Below, in pieces: positions 45,276-54,559 of a DNA stretch of 64,000 nt (the stretch's first letter is position 1; each line of letters opens with the position of its first letter). Source of the DNA: Gemmatimonadota bacterium (GTDB taxonomy: Bacteria > 4572-55 > J002); contig RFFQ01000003.1 in NCBI GenBank assembly GCA_003697105.1, positions 4,235 through 68,234 of the forward strand, read 5' to 3'. The notes beneath the pieces were generated by a model that saw nothing but the letters and a program-made list of their open reading frames with translations, was not told where the DNA came from and made no database searches. Made by a program: the position numbers and the translations under genes.

Positions 45276-47402
45276 TTATTTCAGATGGTCAATCTGTTCA
45301 TCAATCATTTTACGAATATCTTTTGCTTTGAAAGCCATTCCGGTGGCACTCGACCAACTCTCAATATCGATTAAATATCGTGCCCGCAACAACACTGCCA
45401 AACTGGAAAATCGACGATTTTGAGCATTGATCAGCTCATCTTCTGGATCATCTGAGTAATTCAATTCCACAGCGACAACGCGTTTGAAGCGGGTTAGAAT
45501 CTCACCGATACCACCGGGCAAGGGTTGGATAAATTTAAGATGCAACGCCGAGACCTTCAATCCATCTGCTTGAGCTTGTTTCACGGCGTCAGCAATAGCG
45601 GCTTGGGTACTTCCCCACCCCACGAGGAGGAGGTCACCTTCTGGTTCGCCGGTCACCGGTGGGGTTTTTAGAGTGTGTTGGAATGCCGCCAGTTTCAAAC
45701 TACGTGCTCGGAGGCTTTCTGCCACAACTTTGGGTTTAACGGTCATTTCGGAGGCTTGATCGTGGGTCATTGCGGTAACGGTGTGCATTCCGCCCGGTTG
45801 ACCCGGCAAAATACGCGGCGATAAACCGGTCTGGGCATCCCACAGGTATGGCTTTTGACCCGTTTCTACCGGACGCAAATCCAGCTTGGTTTCCAACACG
45901 GCTTCACTGACCACCGGTCGAGCAAAGGTCGCTTTGGTTTTTACCAAATCCGCATCGGGAAGAACAATCACCGGCAAGCGGAATTTTTCGGCAATTTGCC
46001 GCGCTTCAATCAGGGTATAGTAACAATCTTCCACAGAGGTCGGTGCGATAACGACACGAGGTGAATCCCCGTTGCCCCCATAGATCGAGAGCATCAAATC
46101 GCCCTGTTCCACTTTGATGGGCATCCCGACACTCGGTCCCGCCCGTTGCACATCCACCACGACCAACGGAATTTCCGCCATGGAGGCAAGGGCAATACCT
46201 TCTGATTTTAGGAGCATACCCGGGCTGGAGGTAATGGTCGCCGCGCATTTACCGGCATAGGACGCCCCTAGGGCAAATGAACACGCGGCAATCTCATCTT
46301 CTGCCTGATGCAGCACCCCGCCCACATTTTCATAAACACGAGCCAGATATTGCACCGTGCTGGTGGCCGGGCGAATCGGATATACGGCGCATACCTCCAT
46401 ACCAGACGCCATCAAACCGAGCGCAAGTGCCTCGCTGCCTTTCAGTTCCAGTAACCCGTCTTCGGTTTGAAAGCGATCAAATTCGGCTTCAATACCTTCA
46501 CGAATCCGTTGGGGCGTAAAGGTGTCCTGAGGCGCCATTAAATCTTCGTAGCAGGGCTGGGTTTTATCCTGATACAAAATGCCAATCGGAATAAGGTCGG
46601 TACGGTAGGCAAGTTCAAAAGCTCCGGTTAAATCCCGCGGGTTGTGTTCCTGTTGGTGTTTGAGGATACGTTTTAGGGCGGGGTCGGGATGAATCCCATC
46701 CGGATGAGTGAGGAGTAACAAGCGATTCGGGTCTGGGTTGAGGTGTTCCTGTGAAAAGCGAGCACAGCGCTGCAAAATGCGGATGAATGAAAACCCTTTA
46801 TGGTGGTATGCTTGCCGGATGACGTCATATAAGACTGCCGGCATCCACTCCGCCACTTGCGCGACAAAGGACGGGCGGTTTGATAACGCGATGGCTAACG
46901 GGTTCAGCGGTGGGAGTTTCATCCCGTGCGGGGTGGAATCCGTGACCAAACCGGTGGGTGCTGTCGGAGAGGCTTCGGTTTTAATTTCCCCATAGATATG
47001 GTTATCATGAATGAGTGCCACCATATCCATGTTGTAGCGCATGGCGTGTATCCAATGTCCGGCACCGATGCTGAACGTATCCATATCTCCCATTGCCACA
47101 AAAACATGGAGGTCGGGACGGCGAATTTTAATACCTTCCGCAATCGGGAAACCTCGCCCATGCAAGCCGTGAAAACCATAGGTCTTGACATACAGTGGAA
47201 ATTGGCTGGCACAGCCGGCACCGGAGACAAACACCACGTTTTCTGGAGCCAGTTGTTCATCCCGCATCACTTTTTGGATTGCCGTGAGTACAGCATGGTC
47301 ACCACAGCCGGGACACCACTTGGGTTTCTGGCGGAGATAATCCTCTAGGCTGTAATAATCCTCATCGACATGGATCATACGATCCAGATTCACTCCAAAC
47401 AT
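45276..47402 (-). CDS. Fused beta-alpha subunit of a 2-oxoacid:ferredoxin oxidoreductase
   Basis: 708 aa. The N-terminal about 330 aa is paralogous to the beta subunit (WCPGCGDHAVLTAI ... GAGCASQFPLYVKTYGFHGLHGRGFPIAEGI ... GDMDTF). The C-terminal about 370 aa is an alpha (pyrimidine-binding) domain (MEVCAVYPIRPATST ... AEDEIAACSFALGASYAGKCAATITSSPG). Confidence 0.8.
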   Translation of the reverse strand: MFGVNLDRMIHVDEDYYSLEDYLRQKPKWCPGCGDHAVLTAIQKVMRDEQLAPENVVFVSGAGCASQFPLYVKTYGFHGLHGRGFPIAEGIKIRRPDLHVFVAMGDMDTFSIGAGHWIHAMRYNMDMVALIHDNHIYGEIKTEASPTAPTGLVTDSTPHGMKLPPLNPLAIALSNRPSFVAQVAEWMPAVLYDVIRQAYHHKGFSFIRILQRCARFSQEHLNPDPNRLLLLTHPDGIHPDPALKRILKHQQEHNPRDLTGAFELAYRTDLIPIGILYQDKTQPCYEDLMAPQDTFTPQRIREGIEAEFDRFQTEDGLLELKGSEALALGLMASGMEVCAVYPIRPATSTVQYLARVYENVGGVLHQAEDEIAACSFALGASYAGKCAATITSSPGMLLKSEGIALASMAEIPLVVVDVQRAGPSVGMPIKVEQGDLMLSIYGGNGDSPRVVIAPTSVEDCYYTLIEARQIAEKFRLPVIVLPDADLVKTKATFARPVVSEAVLETKLDLRPVETGQKPYLWDAQTGLSPRILPGQPGGMHTVTAMTHDQASEMTVKPKVVAESLRARSLKLAAFQHTLKTPPVTGEPEGDLLLVGWGSTQAAIADAVKQAQADGLKVSALHLKFIQPLPGGIGEILTRFKRVVAVELNYSDDPEDELINAQNRRFSSLAVLLRARYLIDIESWSSATGMAFKAKDIRKMIDEQIDHLK

Positions 47403-47421
47403 CAGATATCCCCTTTTCGTT

Positions 47422-49314
47422 TTAGGGCGTCGCGAAACGCTCCCGGATCATCTGTTCAATATCACCCGGTTTCATGGGTTGGCCATACACATTTGACCAC
47501 GAATCTACATCCACCAGATACCGCGCCCGGAGTAACCACGCTAAATTGGAATAACGACGATTATCGGCGGTAAAAAAATCATCTTTGGGATCAGAATAGT
47601 TAATTTCCACACAGATAGTCTGTTTGAATTTACGCAGAATATCACCAATTCCCGATGCCATCGGTTGGAGGAACTTGAGGTGCAAGGAGGAGACACTTAA
47701 CCCATCCTTCCGCACCCGCATGACCGCTTCTTCAATAGCGCCTTTGGTGCTTCCCCACCCTAAAATAAGCAGGTCACCGCCTTCCGGATCGCCCATCACT
47801 TGCGGTGTTTTTAATGTTTTTTGGAACGCGGCTAACTTACGGCTCCGCGCTTCACACCCCGCCTGATTGATCCAGTTGTCATACGCCACTTTACTATTTT
47901 GATCATGCGCCAAACCGGTAACGGTGTGCATTCCATTCGGTCGCCCCGGTATAAAGCGCTCCGACAGACCGGTCACCGGGTCCCAATCATACGGTTTTTT
48001 GCCTTCGGGAACGGGCGATTGGTCGATTGGCGGCGCGACCCAATCTTCATTAAATTTAGGACGAGGGAAGAGTTGCTGACCCGTTGCCAGATTCGCATCA
48101 GACAGCACAATCACCGGCATCCGGAAGGTTTCAGCAATTTTACGTGCTGTAATGATGGAATAAAAGCAGTCTTCAATGGTTGCGGGAGCCATCACAATTT
48201 TGGGAGCATCCCCCGGCTCCCCGAAAATGACCGAGAGCAAATCCCCTTGCTCCACTTTGGTGGGCAAACCGGTACTGGGACCCCCCCGCTGAACATCGAC
48301 CAGCACTAATGGAATTTCTGCCATCACTGCCAAACCAATCAACTCCGTTTTGAGGGCTTTTCCGGGACCGGAAGTAATAGTCACCGCGCACTTGCCTGCA
48401 TACGATGCCCCGATAGCAAACGCACACGCGGCGATCTCATCTTCCGCCTGATGAACAACTCCGCCAACATTCTCAAATACATCGCTCAGATAATGCGAAG
48501 CCGATGTTGCCGGCGTGATCGGGTACATAGCGCAAACTTCCATCCCCGATGCCATTACCCCCAATCCGATAGCGATATTCCCGTTGACCACAATCTGCGG
48601 CTCGTCAATATGGGCAGAAGGCACATTAAAACAAACATCCAAATTTGCCTCTGCCCAATTATAACCGGCTTCTAAAAGTTGAATATTCGCCTCAATCACC
48701 TTTTGGCTCTTTTTCTGAAAGGTAAATTCAATCTGATCCCGCGCGAGTTGAAGATCGCGTTGGTAAATGCTACACAGCATTCCCAGAACAAACATATTCT
48801 TTCCTTTACGTGGATTTTCGACGATCTTCAAGCACTCTGTTTCCATCGGAATTTCTTTTACCTGATACCCATCCTCTTCCAGTTGGGCAACGGTTTGCGT
48901 ATATAGACGAACCACCTCGGGGTCATGATGGTCGCGCCACATGCTTTCCAATAAGATGATCGCACCGGGTTTCAGATTCCCCGATTGTACTCGCCCCAAC
49001 AGCACTTGCTCGTTAAACGCCACCACTAAATCCGCTTGATCTCCTGCATTAGTAACGCTAAAAGAACCAATACGAATCCGATTCCCACTCGCACCCGCAA
49101 TACTGCGTGGCGGCGGCTGAATTTCAGCCGGAATAATCTCAACCGTCCAGATTCCGTTACCCATTTTGGCACAGATCGCCCCAAAAGATTGCGCGGCTTT
49201 CTGTGCCCCTTCCCCGGAGTCACTCACGATCTCAACAATATGTTCAGGCACGTCGACGATATGTTTCCCTGTTCCAGTTGTCTCTCGCGCGGAATCTGTC
49301 ACATTTACAGACAT
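47422..49314 (-). CDS. 2-oxoacid:ferredoxin oxidoreductase alpha subunit with N-terminal gamma domain (KorA-like)
   Basis: 630 aa with a gamma-type domain at the N-terminus (VSDSGEGAQKAAQSFGAI...), then an alpha domain (MEVCAMYPITPATSASHYL ... AEDEIAACAFAIGASYAGKCAVTITSGPG). It is the first gene of the minus-strand cluster. Confidence 0.8.
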   Translation of the reverse strand: MSVNVTDSARETTGTGKHIVDVPEHIVEIVSDSGEGAQKAAQSFGAICAKMGNGIWTVEIIPAEIQPPPRSIAGASGNRIRIGSFSVTNAGDQADLVVAFNEQVLLGRVQSGNLKPGAIILLESMWRDHHDPEVVRLYTQTVAQLEEDGYQVKEIPMETECLKIVENPRKGKNMFVLGMLCSIYQRDLQLARDQIEFTFQKKSQKVIEANIQLLEAGYNWAEANLDVCFNVPSAHIDEPQIVVNGNIAIGLGVMASGMEVCAMYPITPATSASHYLSDVFENVGGVVHQAEDEIAACAFAIGASYAGKCAVTITSGPGKALKTELIGLAVMAEIPLVLVDVQRGGPSTGLPTKVEQGDLLSVIFGEPGDAPKIVMAPATIEDCFYSIITARKIAETFRMPVIVLSDANLATGQQLFPRPKFNEDWVAPPIDQSPVPEGKKPYDWDPVTGLSERFIPGRPNGMHTVTGLAHDQNSKVAYDNWINQAGCEARSRKLAAFQKTLKTPQVMGDPEGGDLLILGWGSTKGAIEEAVMRVRKDGLSVSSLHLKFLQPMASGIGDILRKFKQTICVEINYSDPKDDFFTADNRRYSNLAWLLRARYLVDVDSWSNVYGQPMKPGDIEQMIRERFATP

Positions 49315-49658
49315 AGTTTTAATCCCTTTCGCCCTAAATAAACCTGTTTAAAATTCATAACACTTTAACTTGATGATAAAATCTTACCCAAAATTCAATG
49401 AAAGGAGGTAAGAATTAGGGTAATATATACAATTTCAAGCTAATGGCAAGAGAAAAAAAGAGTAAAGTATCCATTTATGATAGGAAAATCCACAAAACTC
49501 AAGCAATAGCCTCTCCCGATTAACCCGATTTCCAAAAATGTGAGCCGCGGGTGGAACCTTTGTGGCACATCCCGCCCCCTAAAATTAGGGCGGTAACAAA
49601 ACAGTTTACTTAAATTAAAAATATAAATAGATACATTCTTAAATTATTCAAATTGGTA

Positions 49659-49687
49659 TTGACATTAACATGGAAATTACCTATTAT
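49659..49687 (+). promoter_or_regulatory. Sigma70-type promoter for the hox operon (TTGACA-17 bp-TATTAT)
   Basis: Consensus -35 TTGACA (49659-64), a 17-nt spacer, and -10 TATTAT (49682-87). It lies in the about 490-bp AT-rich divergent intergenic region, about 115 nt upstream of the hoxF ATG, which has an AAGGTGGTGA RBS. Confidence 0.45.
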
Positions 49688-49801
49688 ACGAACGTTATAA
49701 AGACAAATTTATCTATTATTCTTTAATACCTATTTTTATTCCCTGTCGTTTCATAATAAACCCAAATTTATATCGTACTTATATCATAAGGTGGTGATGT
49801 T

Positions 49802-51667
49802 ATGGATACCTTTGTACAGGAGGTTCTCGAAGCCTATCAGCGAGACAAGACTCGGCTGATGGACATTCTGATCGATATTCAGGCACAATTTGGCTACATT
49901 CCGCCAGCGGTGGTCGGTCAAATTGCGGAGGCGCTACAGGTCTCTCGCGTGGATGTCGAACAGACGTTATCATTTTATCACTTTTTTTCTACCACCCCAA
50001 GGGGTGAGTACGCCATTTATCTCAACAACAGCGTTGTTGCCAACATGATGGGGCGAGCAAAGATTGCCAAAACATTCGAGGACGAACTCGGTTGTAAATT
50101 TGGCGAGGTCACCCCGGATGGCAAAGTGGGGCTGTTCGAGACGGCATGTATTGGCATGAGTGATCAGGAGCCAGCGGCACTGATCAATGGTGTGGTTTTC
50201 CCAAATTTAACCCCGTTTCGGGTACGGGAAATTGTTCGTGACATCAAAGCGGGCAAATCCCCGGAAGAGATGCTGACCGCAAGTTATGGTGACGGACAAA
50301 ACAGCTCGCCATTGATCAAAGCGGTTGTTCAAAACCATATCTACAAAAAAGGTCCGGTGCTTTCAGACGATTACCAACCGGGAGAAGCCCTGAAAAAGAT
50401 TGTCCAGATGACACCGGAAGCGGTGATTGAGGAGGTGAAAGCCTCCAACCTACGCGGGCGCGGCGGCGCCGGCTTCCCAACGGGATTGAAATGGGAATTT
50501 TGCCGGAAATTCCCCAGCAAGCAGCGGTATATCTTCTGCAATGCAGATGAAGGCGAACCGGGCACTTTCAAGGATCGGGTCATCCTCACGGAACGGGCAC
50601 AGTTGCTGTTGGAAGGCATGGCAATTGCCGGATATGCCGTTGGTGCTACCCAAGGCATCCTTTATGTCCGTTACGAATATAAATATTTGCAAAAGCATTT
50701 GGAAGAGATGATCCGTATAGGTCACGAAAAAGGGTATCTGGGTCAAAATATCGGCGGTAAAGAAGGATTCGATTTCGACGTTCGGATTCAGTTTGGTGCC
50801 GGTGCGTATGTCTGCGGTGAGGAATCCGCACTGATTGAATCCGCCGAGGGCAAACGGGGTGAACCGCGGGATCGTCCTCCATTTCCGGTTGAAAAGGGTT
50901 ATCTGGATCAGCCAACGGTGGTCAATAATGTGGAAACCCTCTGTTCGGTGGTTAAAATCATTTTGAATGGCGGCAGTTGGTATCGTTCTTTTGGGACAGA
51001 AGCCTCAACCGGTACGAAAGTTCTGAGTGTCTCGGGAGATTGCCGGTATCCCGGCATCTACGAGGTGGAATGGGGCTTTAGCGTGAACGACATTCTCGAT
51101 ATGGTCGGTGCCGACGTTGAGGACGTCCAAGCCGTACAAGTAGGCGGTCCCTCCGGAGCCTGCATTGGTCCCGATGAATTTGATCGCATTCTGTGCTATG
51201 CCGATCTGGCCACGGGCGGATCCATGATCATCTTTAACCACCGCCGGGATTTACTCCGCGAGGTGATCCTGAATTTCACCAACTTCTTCATTGAAGAATC
51301 CTGCGGATCGTGCGTGCCGTGCCGGATGCTGAGTGTCATCATGCGCGATAAACTGCTCAAAATTCTAAATGGGCATGGAGTATATCAGGACTTAATCGAT
51401 TTGGAAGAATGGGGTAAAATCATGAAGGCGAATCGTTGCGGGTTAGGACAAACCGCTCCCCGACCTATCCTGACCAGCTTGAAGAATTTCCGGCACTTGT
51501 ACGAAGAACGGCTTCAGGATAAAGATTTTGACAGTGGTTTTGATCTGGAAGCAGCGATTAAAGATGCCTGTGAAGCCACCCAACGAACCCCCCACCTGCA
51601 TAAACCCGAACGTCAAGAAACCGCTTATGAAAATGAACTTGTCGGTGCGATAGGAGACCTATTATGA
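49802..51667 (+). CDS. hoxF: Bidirectional [NiFe] hydrogenase diaphorase subunit HoxF (NuoF-like; N-terminal NuoE-like domain lacking the 2Fe-2S cysteines)
   Basis: 621 aa with an FMN/NADH site GRGGAGFPTGLKWEF and an N3 cluster ESCGSCVPC. The N-terminal about 160 aa is NuoE-like but retains only one of four cluster cysteines. The stop overlaps the hoxU ATG (ATGA). Confidence 0.8.
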   Translation: MDTFVQEVLEAYQRDKTRLMDILIDIQAQFGYIPPAVVGQIAEALQVSRVDVEQTLSFYHFFSTTPRGEYAIYLNNSVVANMMGRAKIAKTFEDELGCKFGEVTPDGKVGLFETACIGMSDQEPAALINGVVFPNLTPFRVREIVRDIKAGKSPEEMLTASYGDGQNSSPLIKAVVQNHIYKKGPVLSDDYQPGEALKKIVQMTPEAVIEEVKASNLRGRGGAGFPTGLKWEFCRKFPSKQRYIFCNADEGEPGTFKDRVILTERAQLLLEGMAIAGYAVGATQGILYVRYEYKYLQKHLEEMIRIGHEKGYLGQNIGGKEGFDFDVRIQFGAGAYVCGEESALIESAEGKRGEPRDRPPFPVEKGYLDQPTVVNNVETLCSVVKIILNGGSWYRSFGTEASTGTKVLSVSGDCRYPGIYEVEWGFSVNDILDMVGADVEDVQAVQVGGPSGACIGPDEFDRILCYADLATGGSMIIFNHRRDLLREVILNFTNFFIEESCGSCVPCRMLSVIMRDKLLKILNGHGVYQDLIDLEEWGKIMKANRCGLGQTAPRPILTSLKNFRHLYEERLQDKDFDSGFDLEAAIKDACEATQRTPHLHKPERQETAYENELVGAIGDLL

Positions 51668-52362
51668 GCGTAGTTAAATTTATCATCGATGGTGTGGAAT
51701 GTATCGCGGAAAAAGGCGAGTATCTCCTTCAAGCCGCTCGCCAAAATGGAATCTATATCCCTTCACTGTGCCATCTGGAGGGCTACAAACCCCGCGGTTC
51801 GTGCCGCATCTGCAACGTAAAAGTCAATGGACGGCTCATGACCGCCTGCACAACACCGGTCGCCGACGGTATGGACATTGAAAACGATACCCCAGAATTA
51901 CGAGATATCCGTACCGCCATCTTGGAAATTTTATTTGTAGAGGGCAACCATTTCTGCCCCGCGTGTGAACGCAGTGGCAATTGCGAACTACAAGCACAAA
52001 TTTATCGCCACCAAATCATGGCACCCCGTTTCCCCTTCCAATTTCCGGATCGGGATGTGGACGCCTCCCATCCTAATATTTTGAAGGATTACAATCGATG
52101 TATCCTTTGCAAACGGTGTATTCGGGCAATTAAAGATGAAAATGGAAAGAGCTTTTTCGCCTTTAAAAAACGGAGTCACAAAGTGGAGATCAGCATGGAT
52201 CCAACCATGAAAGAGAACCTAACCGAGGAACTCGCCCAACGCGCCATGGAAGTGTGCCCGGTGGGAGCGCTCCTGCGTAAGGAGAAAGGATACGATACCC
52301 CCATCGGCAAACGTAAATATGACAAACAACCGATTGGCAGCGAGATCGAAACCGCAAAATAA
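51664..52362 (+). CDS. hoxU: Hydrogenase diaphorase Fe-S subunit HoxU (NuoG N-terminal-like: 2Fe-2S plus 4Fe-4S clusters)
   Basis: 232 aa with 2Fe-2S ferredoxin N-terminal motifs (CHLEGYKPRGSCRIC ... C) and 4Fe-4S motifs (CPACERSGNCELQ, CILCKRCIRA, MEVCPVGAL). Confidence 0.8.
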   Translation: MSVVKFIIDGVECIAEKGEYLLQAARQNGIYIPSLCHLEGYKPRGSCRICNVKVNGRLMTACTTPVADGMDIENDTPELRDIRTAILEILFVEGNHFCPACERSGNCELQAQIYRHQIMAPRFPFQFPDRDVDASHPNILKDYNRCILCKRCIRAIKDENGKSFFAFKKRSHKVEISMDPTMKENLTEELAQRAMEVCPVGALLRKEKGYDTPIGKRKYDKQPIGSEIETAK

Positions 52363-52376
52363 AAGGAGATAGAACG

Positions 52377-52925
52377 ATGAGTAAACCTGTGGTTGCCACA
52401 ACATCTCTGGCGGGCTGTTTTGGCTGTCATATGTCGATTTTGGATATTGATGAACGCATCTTAGACCTGATCGAACTGGTTGAATTTGATAAATCTCCCA
52501 TAAATGACATCAAAACATTTAGCCGGGAATGTGATATTGGCTTGATCGAAGGCGGATGTTGCAACAGTGAAAACGTGGAAGTCCTGCGGGATTTCCGCAA
52601 ACATTGTAAAACTCTAATTCTGGTGGGAGAATGCGCCATCATGGGTGGACTGCCAGCACTGCGAAACAACATCCCCATCAAGGAATGTCTGGAAGAAGCA
52701 TATCTCAACAGCCCGTCCGTCACTGAGAACGAAGAACGGATTATCCCTAACGATGACGAATTACCGATTATTCTCAATAAAGTATATCCGTGTCAAGAAA
52801 TCGTTAAAATCGATTATTATCTGCCCGGTTGTCCACCCCGCGCCGACCTCATCTGGGAAACGCTAGTGGCACTGATTGAAGGCAGAAAACCCAAATTAGA
52901 CTATGAACTCATAAAATATGATTAG
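52377..52925 (+). CDS. hoxY: [NiFe] hydrogenase small subunit HoxY (NuoB-like)
   Basis: 182 aa with the proximal-cluster motifs AGCFGCHMS ... GGCCNS ... GECAIMGG ... PGCPP. Confidence 0.8.
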   Translation: MSKPVVATTSLAGCFGCHMSILDIDERILDLIELVEFDKSPINDIKTFSRECDIGLIEGGCCNSENVEVLRDFRKHCKTLILVGECAIMGGLPALRNNIPIKECLEEAYLNSPSVTENEERIIPNDDELPIILNKVYPCQEIVKIDYYLPGCPPRADLIWETLVALIEGRKPKLDYELIKYD

Positions 52926-52928
52926 GCA

Positions 52929-53012
52929 TTAGGATTTAGGAATTAGGGATTCAGGATTTAGGACTCAGGATTTAGGGTTTCCTAACTCCTAATCCCTAAT
53001 TCCGAATCAGGA
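52929..53012. repeat. Intergenic tandem heptamer repeats (consensus AGGATTT, 7 copies) plus inverted copies forming a long imperfect palindrome before the hoxH RBS
   Basis: AGGatttAGGaattAGGgattcAGGatttAGGactcAGGatttAGGgtttcc is followed by its inverted form cctaactcctaatccctaattccgaatc. The arms GGAATTAGGGATT and AATCCCTAATTCC can pair as a stem of at least 13 bp. The element ends 4 nt before AGGAGGaaatcATG of hoxH. Confidence 0.55.
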
Positions 53013-53019
53013 GGAAATC

Positions 53020-54465
53020 ATGGGAAAGAAAATTACCATTGAACCCGTTACGAGAGTGGAAGGACACGGCAAAGTGACCATCCATTTGGATGATAACGGG
53101 AATGTTACCGAAACGCGATTGCATATTGTTGAGTTTCGCGGCTTTGAACGATTTGTTCAGGGTCGCCCTTACTGGGAGATGCCGGTACTGGTACAACGTC
53201 TGTGTGGCATTTGCCCGGTAAGCCACCATCTTGCCGCCGCAAAGGCACTCGATGTCATTGTAGGCGCACCCCAATTGAGCGCTGTGGGCGAAAAAATGCG
53301 TCGCTTAATGCACTATGGGCAGATATTTCAGTCCCATGCGTTGCACTTTTTCCATCTTGCCTCCCCAGACCTGCTCTTCGGGATTGGCGGTGATCCGCTC
53401 AAGCGAAATGTCATTGGGGTGGCACTGGAACACAAAGATCTTGCGACAATGGGTGTCCTGATGCGTAAATTTGGTCAGGAAATCATTCAAGTTACCGCGG
53501 GTAAGAAAATCCACGGCACCGGTGCCATTCCGGGGGGGATCAACAAAAATTTATCAATTGAAGAGCGCGATCGCTTTTTAGTCGGCAAGCCGGGTTACAA
53601 TATCGACCAAATGATTGAATGGTCGCAGGCGGCGCTCGAATTTTTCAAGAGTTACCACGCCGAACACCGCGCTTTTATTGATCATTTTGCCGAATTTCCG
53701 TCCAGTCACCTGAGCTTGGTGCGAGAAGACGGCGCCCTCGACCTCTATCATGGTGTGTTGCGGGCAGTGGACGCCAACGGCAAGCGCATTCTGGACGATG
53801 TGGATTATCAGAATTATCTGGATTACATCAGCGAGGAAGTGCGTAGTTGGAGCTATATGAAGTTTCCGTATCTGCGCGAATTTGGCAAAAAGGAAGGTTG
53901 GTATCGGGTGGGTCCGTTGGCGCGGCTCAACACCTGTGACTTTATCCCGACACCCTTAGCACAGCAGGAATTTGAGACCTTCCGCGCCTATACCCACGGC
54001 AAACCGAATAACATGTCCATGCACATGCACTGGGCGCGGCTGATCGAGACCCTTCACGCGGCAGAAGTGATGCGCGATTTGCTGAATGATCCCGATCTGC
54101 AAAATGAGGATCTGGTGGTGAAAGGCAAAAAGACAAACGAAGGTGTCGGCTTGATCGAAGCACCCCGCGGTACACTCTTTCACCATTATAAGATCAATGA
54201 AAATGATCAAATTGAGATGGCAAATTTGATCGTCTCCACCACCAACAACAATCAACCGATGAATGTTGCCGTGGAACAGGTCGCCAAAGAGATGATTTCC
54301 GGGCAAAAAGAAGTAACCGAAGGCATGCTGAACGCGGTGGAAGTCGCGATTCGGGCATATGACCCGTGCCTCAGTTGTGCGACCCATGCAATGGGTCAGA
54401 TGCCACTGGAAATTTCCCTGTACGACGCCAACGATCAGTTGATCGACCGGAAAATGAGTCATTAA
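53020..54465 (+). CDS. hoxH: [NiFe] hydrogenase large subunit HoxH (group 3d type)
   Basis: 481 aa with the N-terminal motif RLCGICPVSH and the C-terminal Ni-Fe ligand motif DPCLSCATH. Both metal-site positions are Cys, not Sec. Confidence 0.9.
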   Translation: MGKKITIEPVTRVEGHGKVTIHLDDNGNVTETRLHIVEFRGFERFVQGRPYWEMPVLVQRLCGICPVSHHLAAAKALDVIVGAPQLSAVGEKMRRLMHYGQIFQSHALHFFHLASPDLLFGIGGDPLKRNVIGVALEHKDLATMGVLMRKFGQEIIQVTAGKKIHGTGAIPGGINKNLSIEERDRFLVGKPGYNIDQMIEWSQAALEFFKSYHAEHRAFIDHFAEFPSSHLSLVREDGALDLYHGVLRAVDANGKRILDDVDYQNYLDYISEEVRSWSYMKFPYLREFGKKEGWYRVGPLARLNTCDFIPTPLAQQEFETFRAYTHGKPNNMSMHMHWARLIETLHAAEVMRDLLNDPDLQNEDLVVKGKKTNEGVGLIEAPRGTLFHHYKINENDQIEMANLIVSTTNNNQPMNVAVEQVAKEMISGQKEVTEGMLNAVEVAIRAYDPCLSCATHAMGQMPLEISLYDANDQLIDRKMSH

Positions 54466-54559
54466 CCATAATTGGGGGTTCATGTGTGCACGTTCTAAAG
54501 AGCGTCGCCCATGTGAAATCAATTCAACCCTAATTAACTATAAGTAAAAGGAGTACAAA

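Noticed and set aside
49572-49596. CCGCCC-N10-GGGCGG hairpin in the divergent oxidoreductase/hox intergenic region
   Set aside because: It is not followed by a U-run on either strand, so it is not a credible intrinsic terminator. It could be a regulator site, but there is no supporting dyad partner or context.
52929-53012. Possible CRISPR array or telomere-like TTAGGG repeats
   Set aside because: The units are only 7 bp with no spacers and no cas genes. The TTAGGG resemblance is incidental to the AGGATTT/TAGGGAT heptamers. It was treated instead as an intergenic structured repeat.
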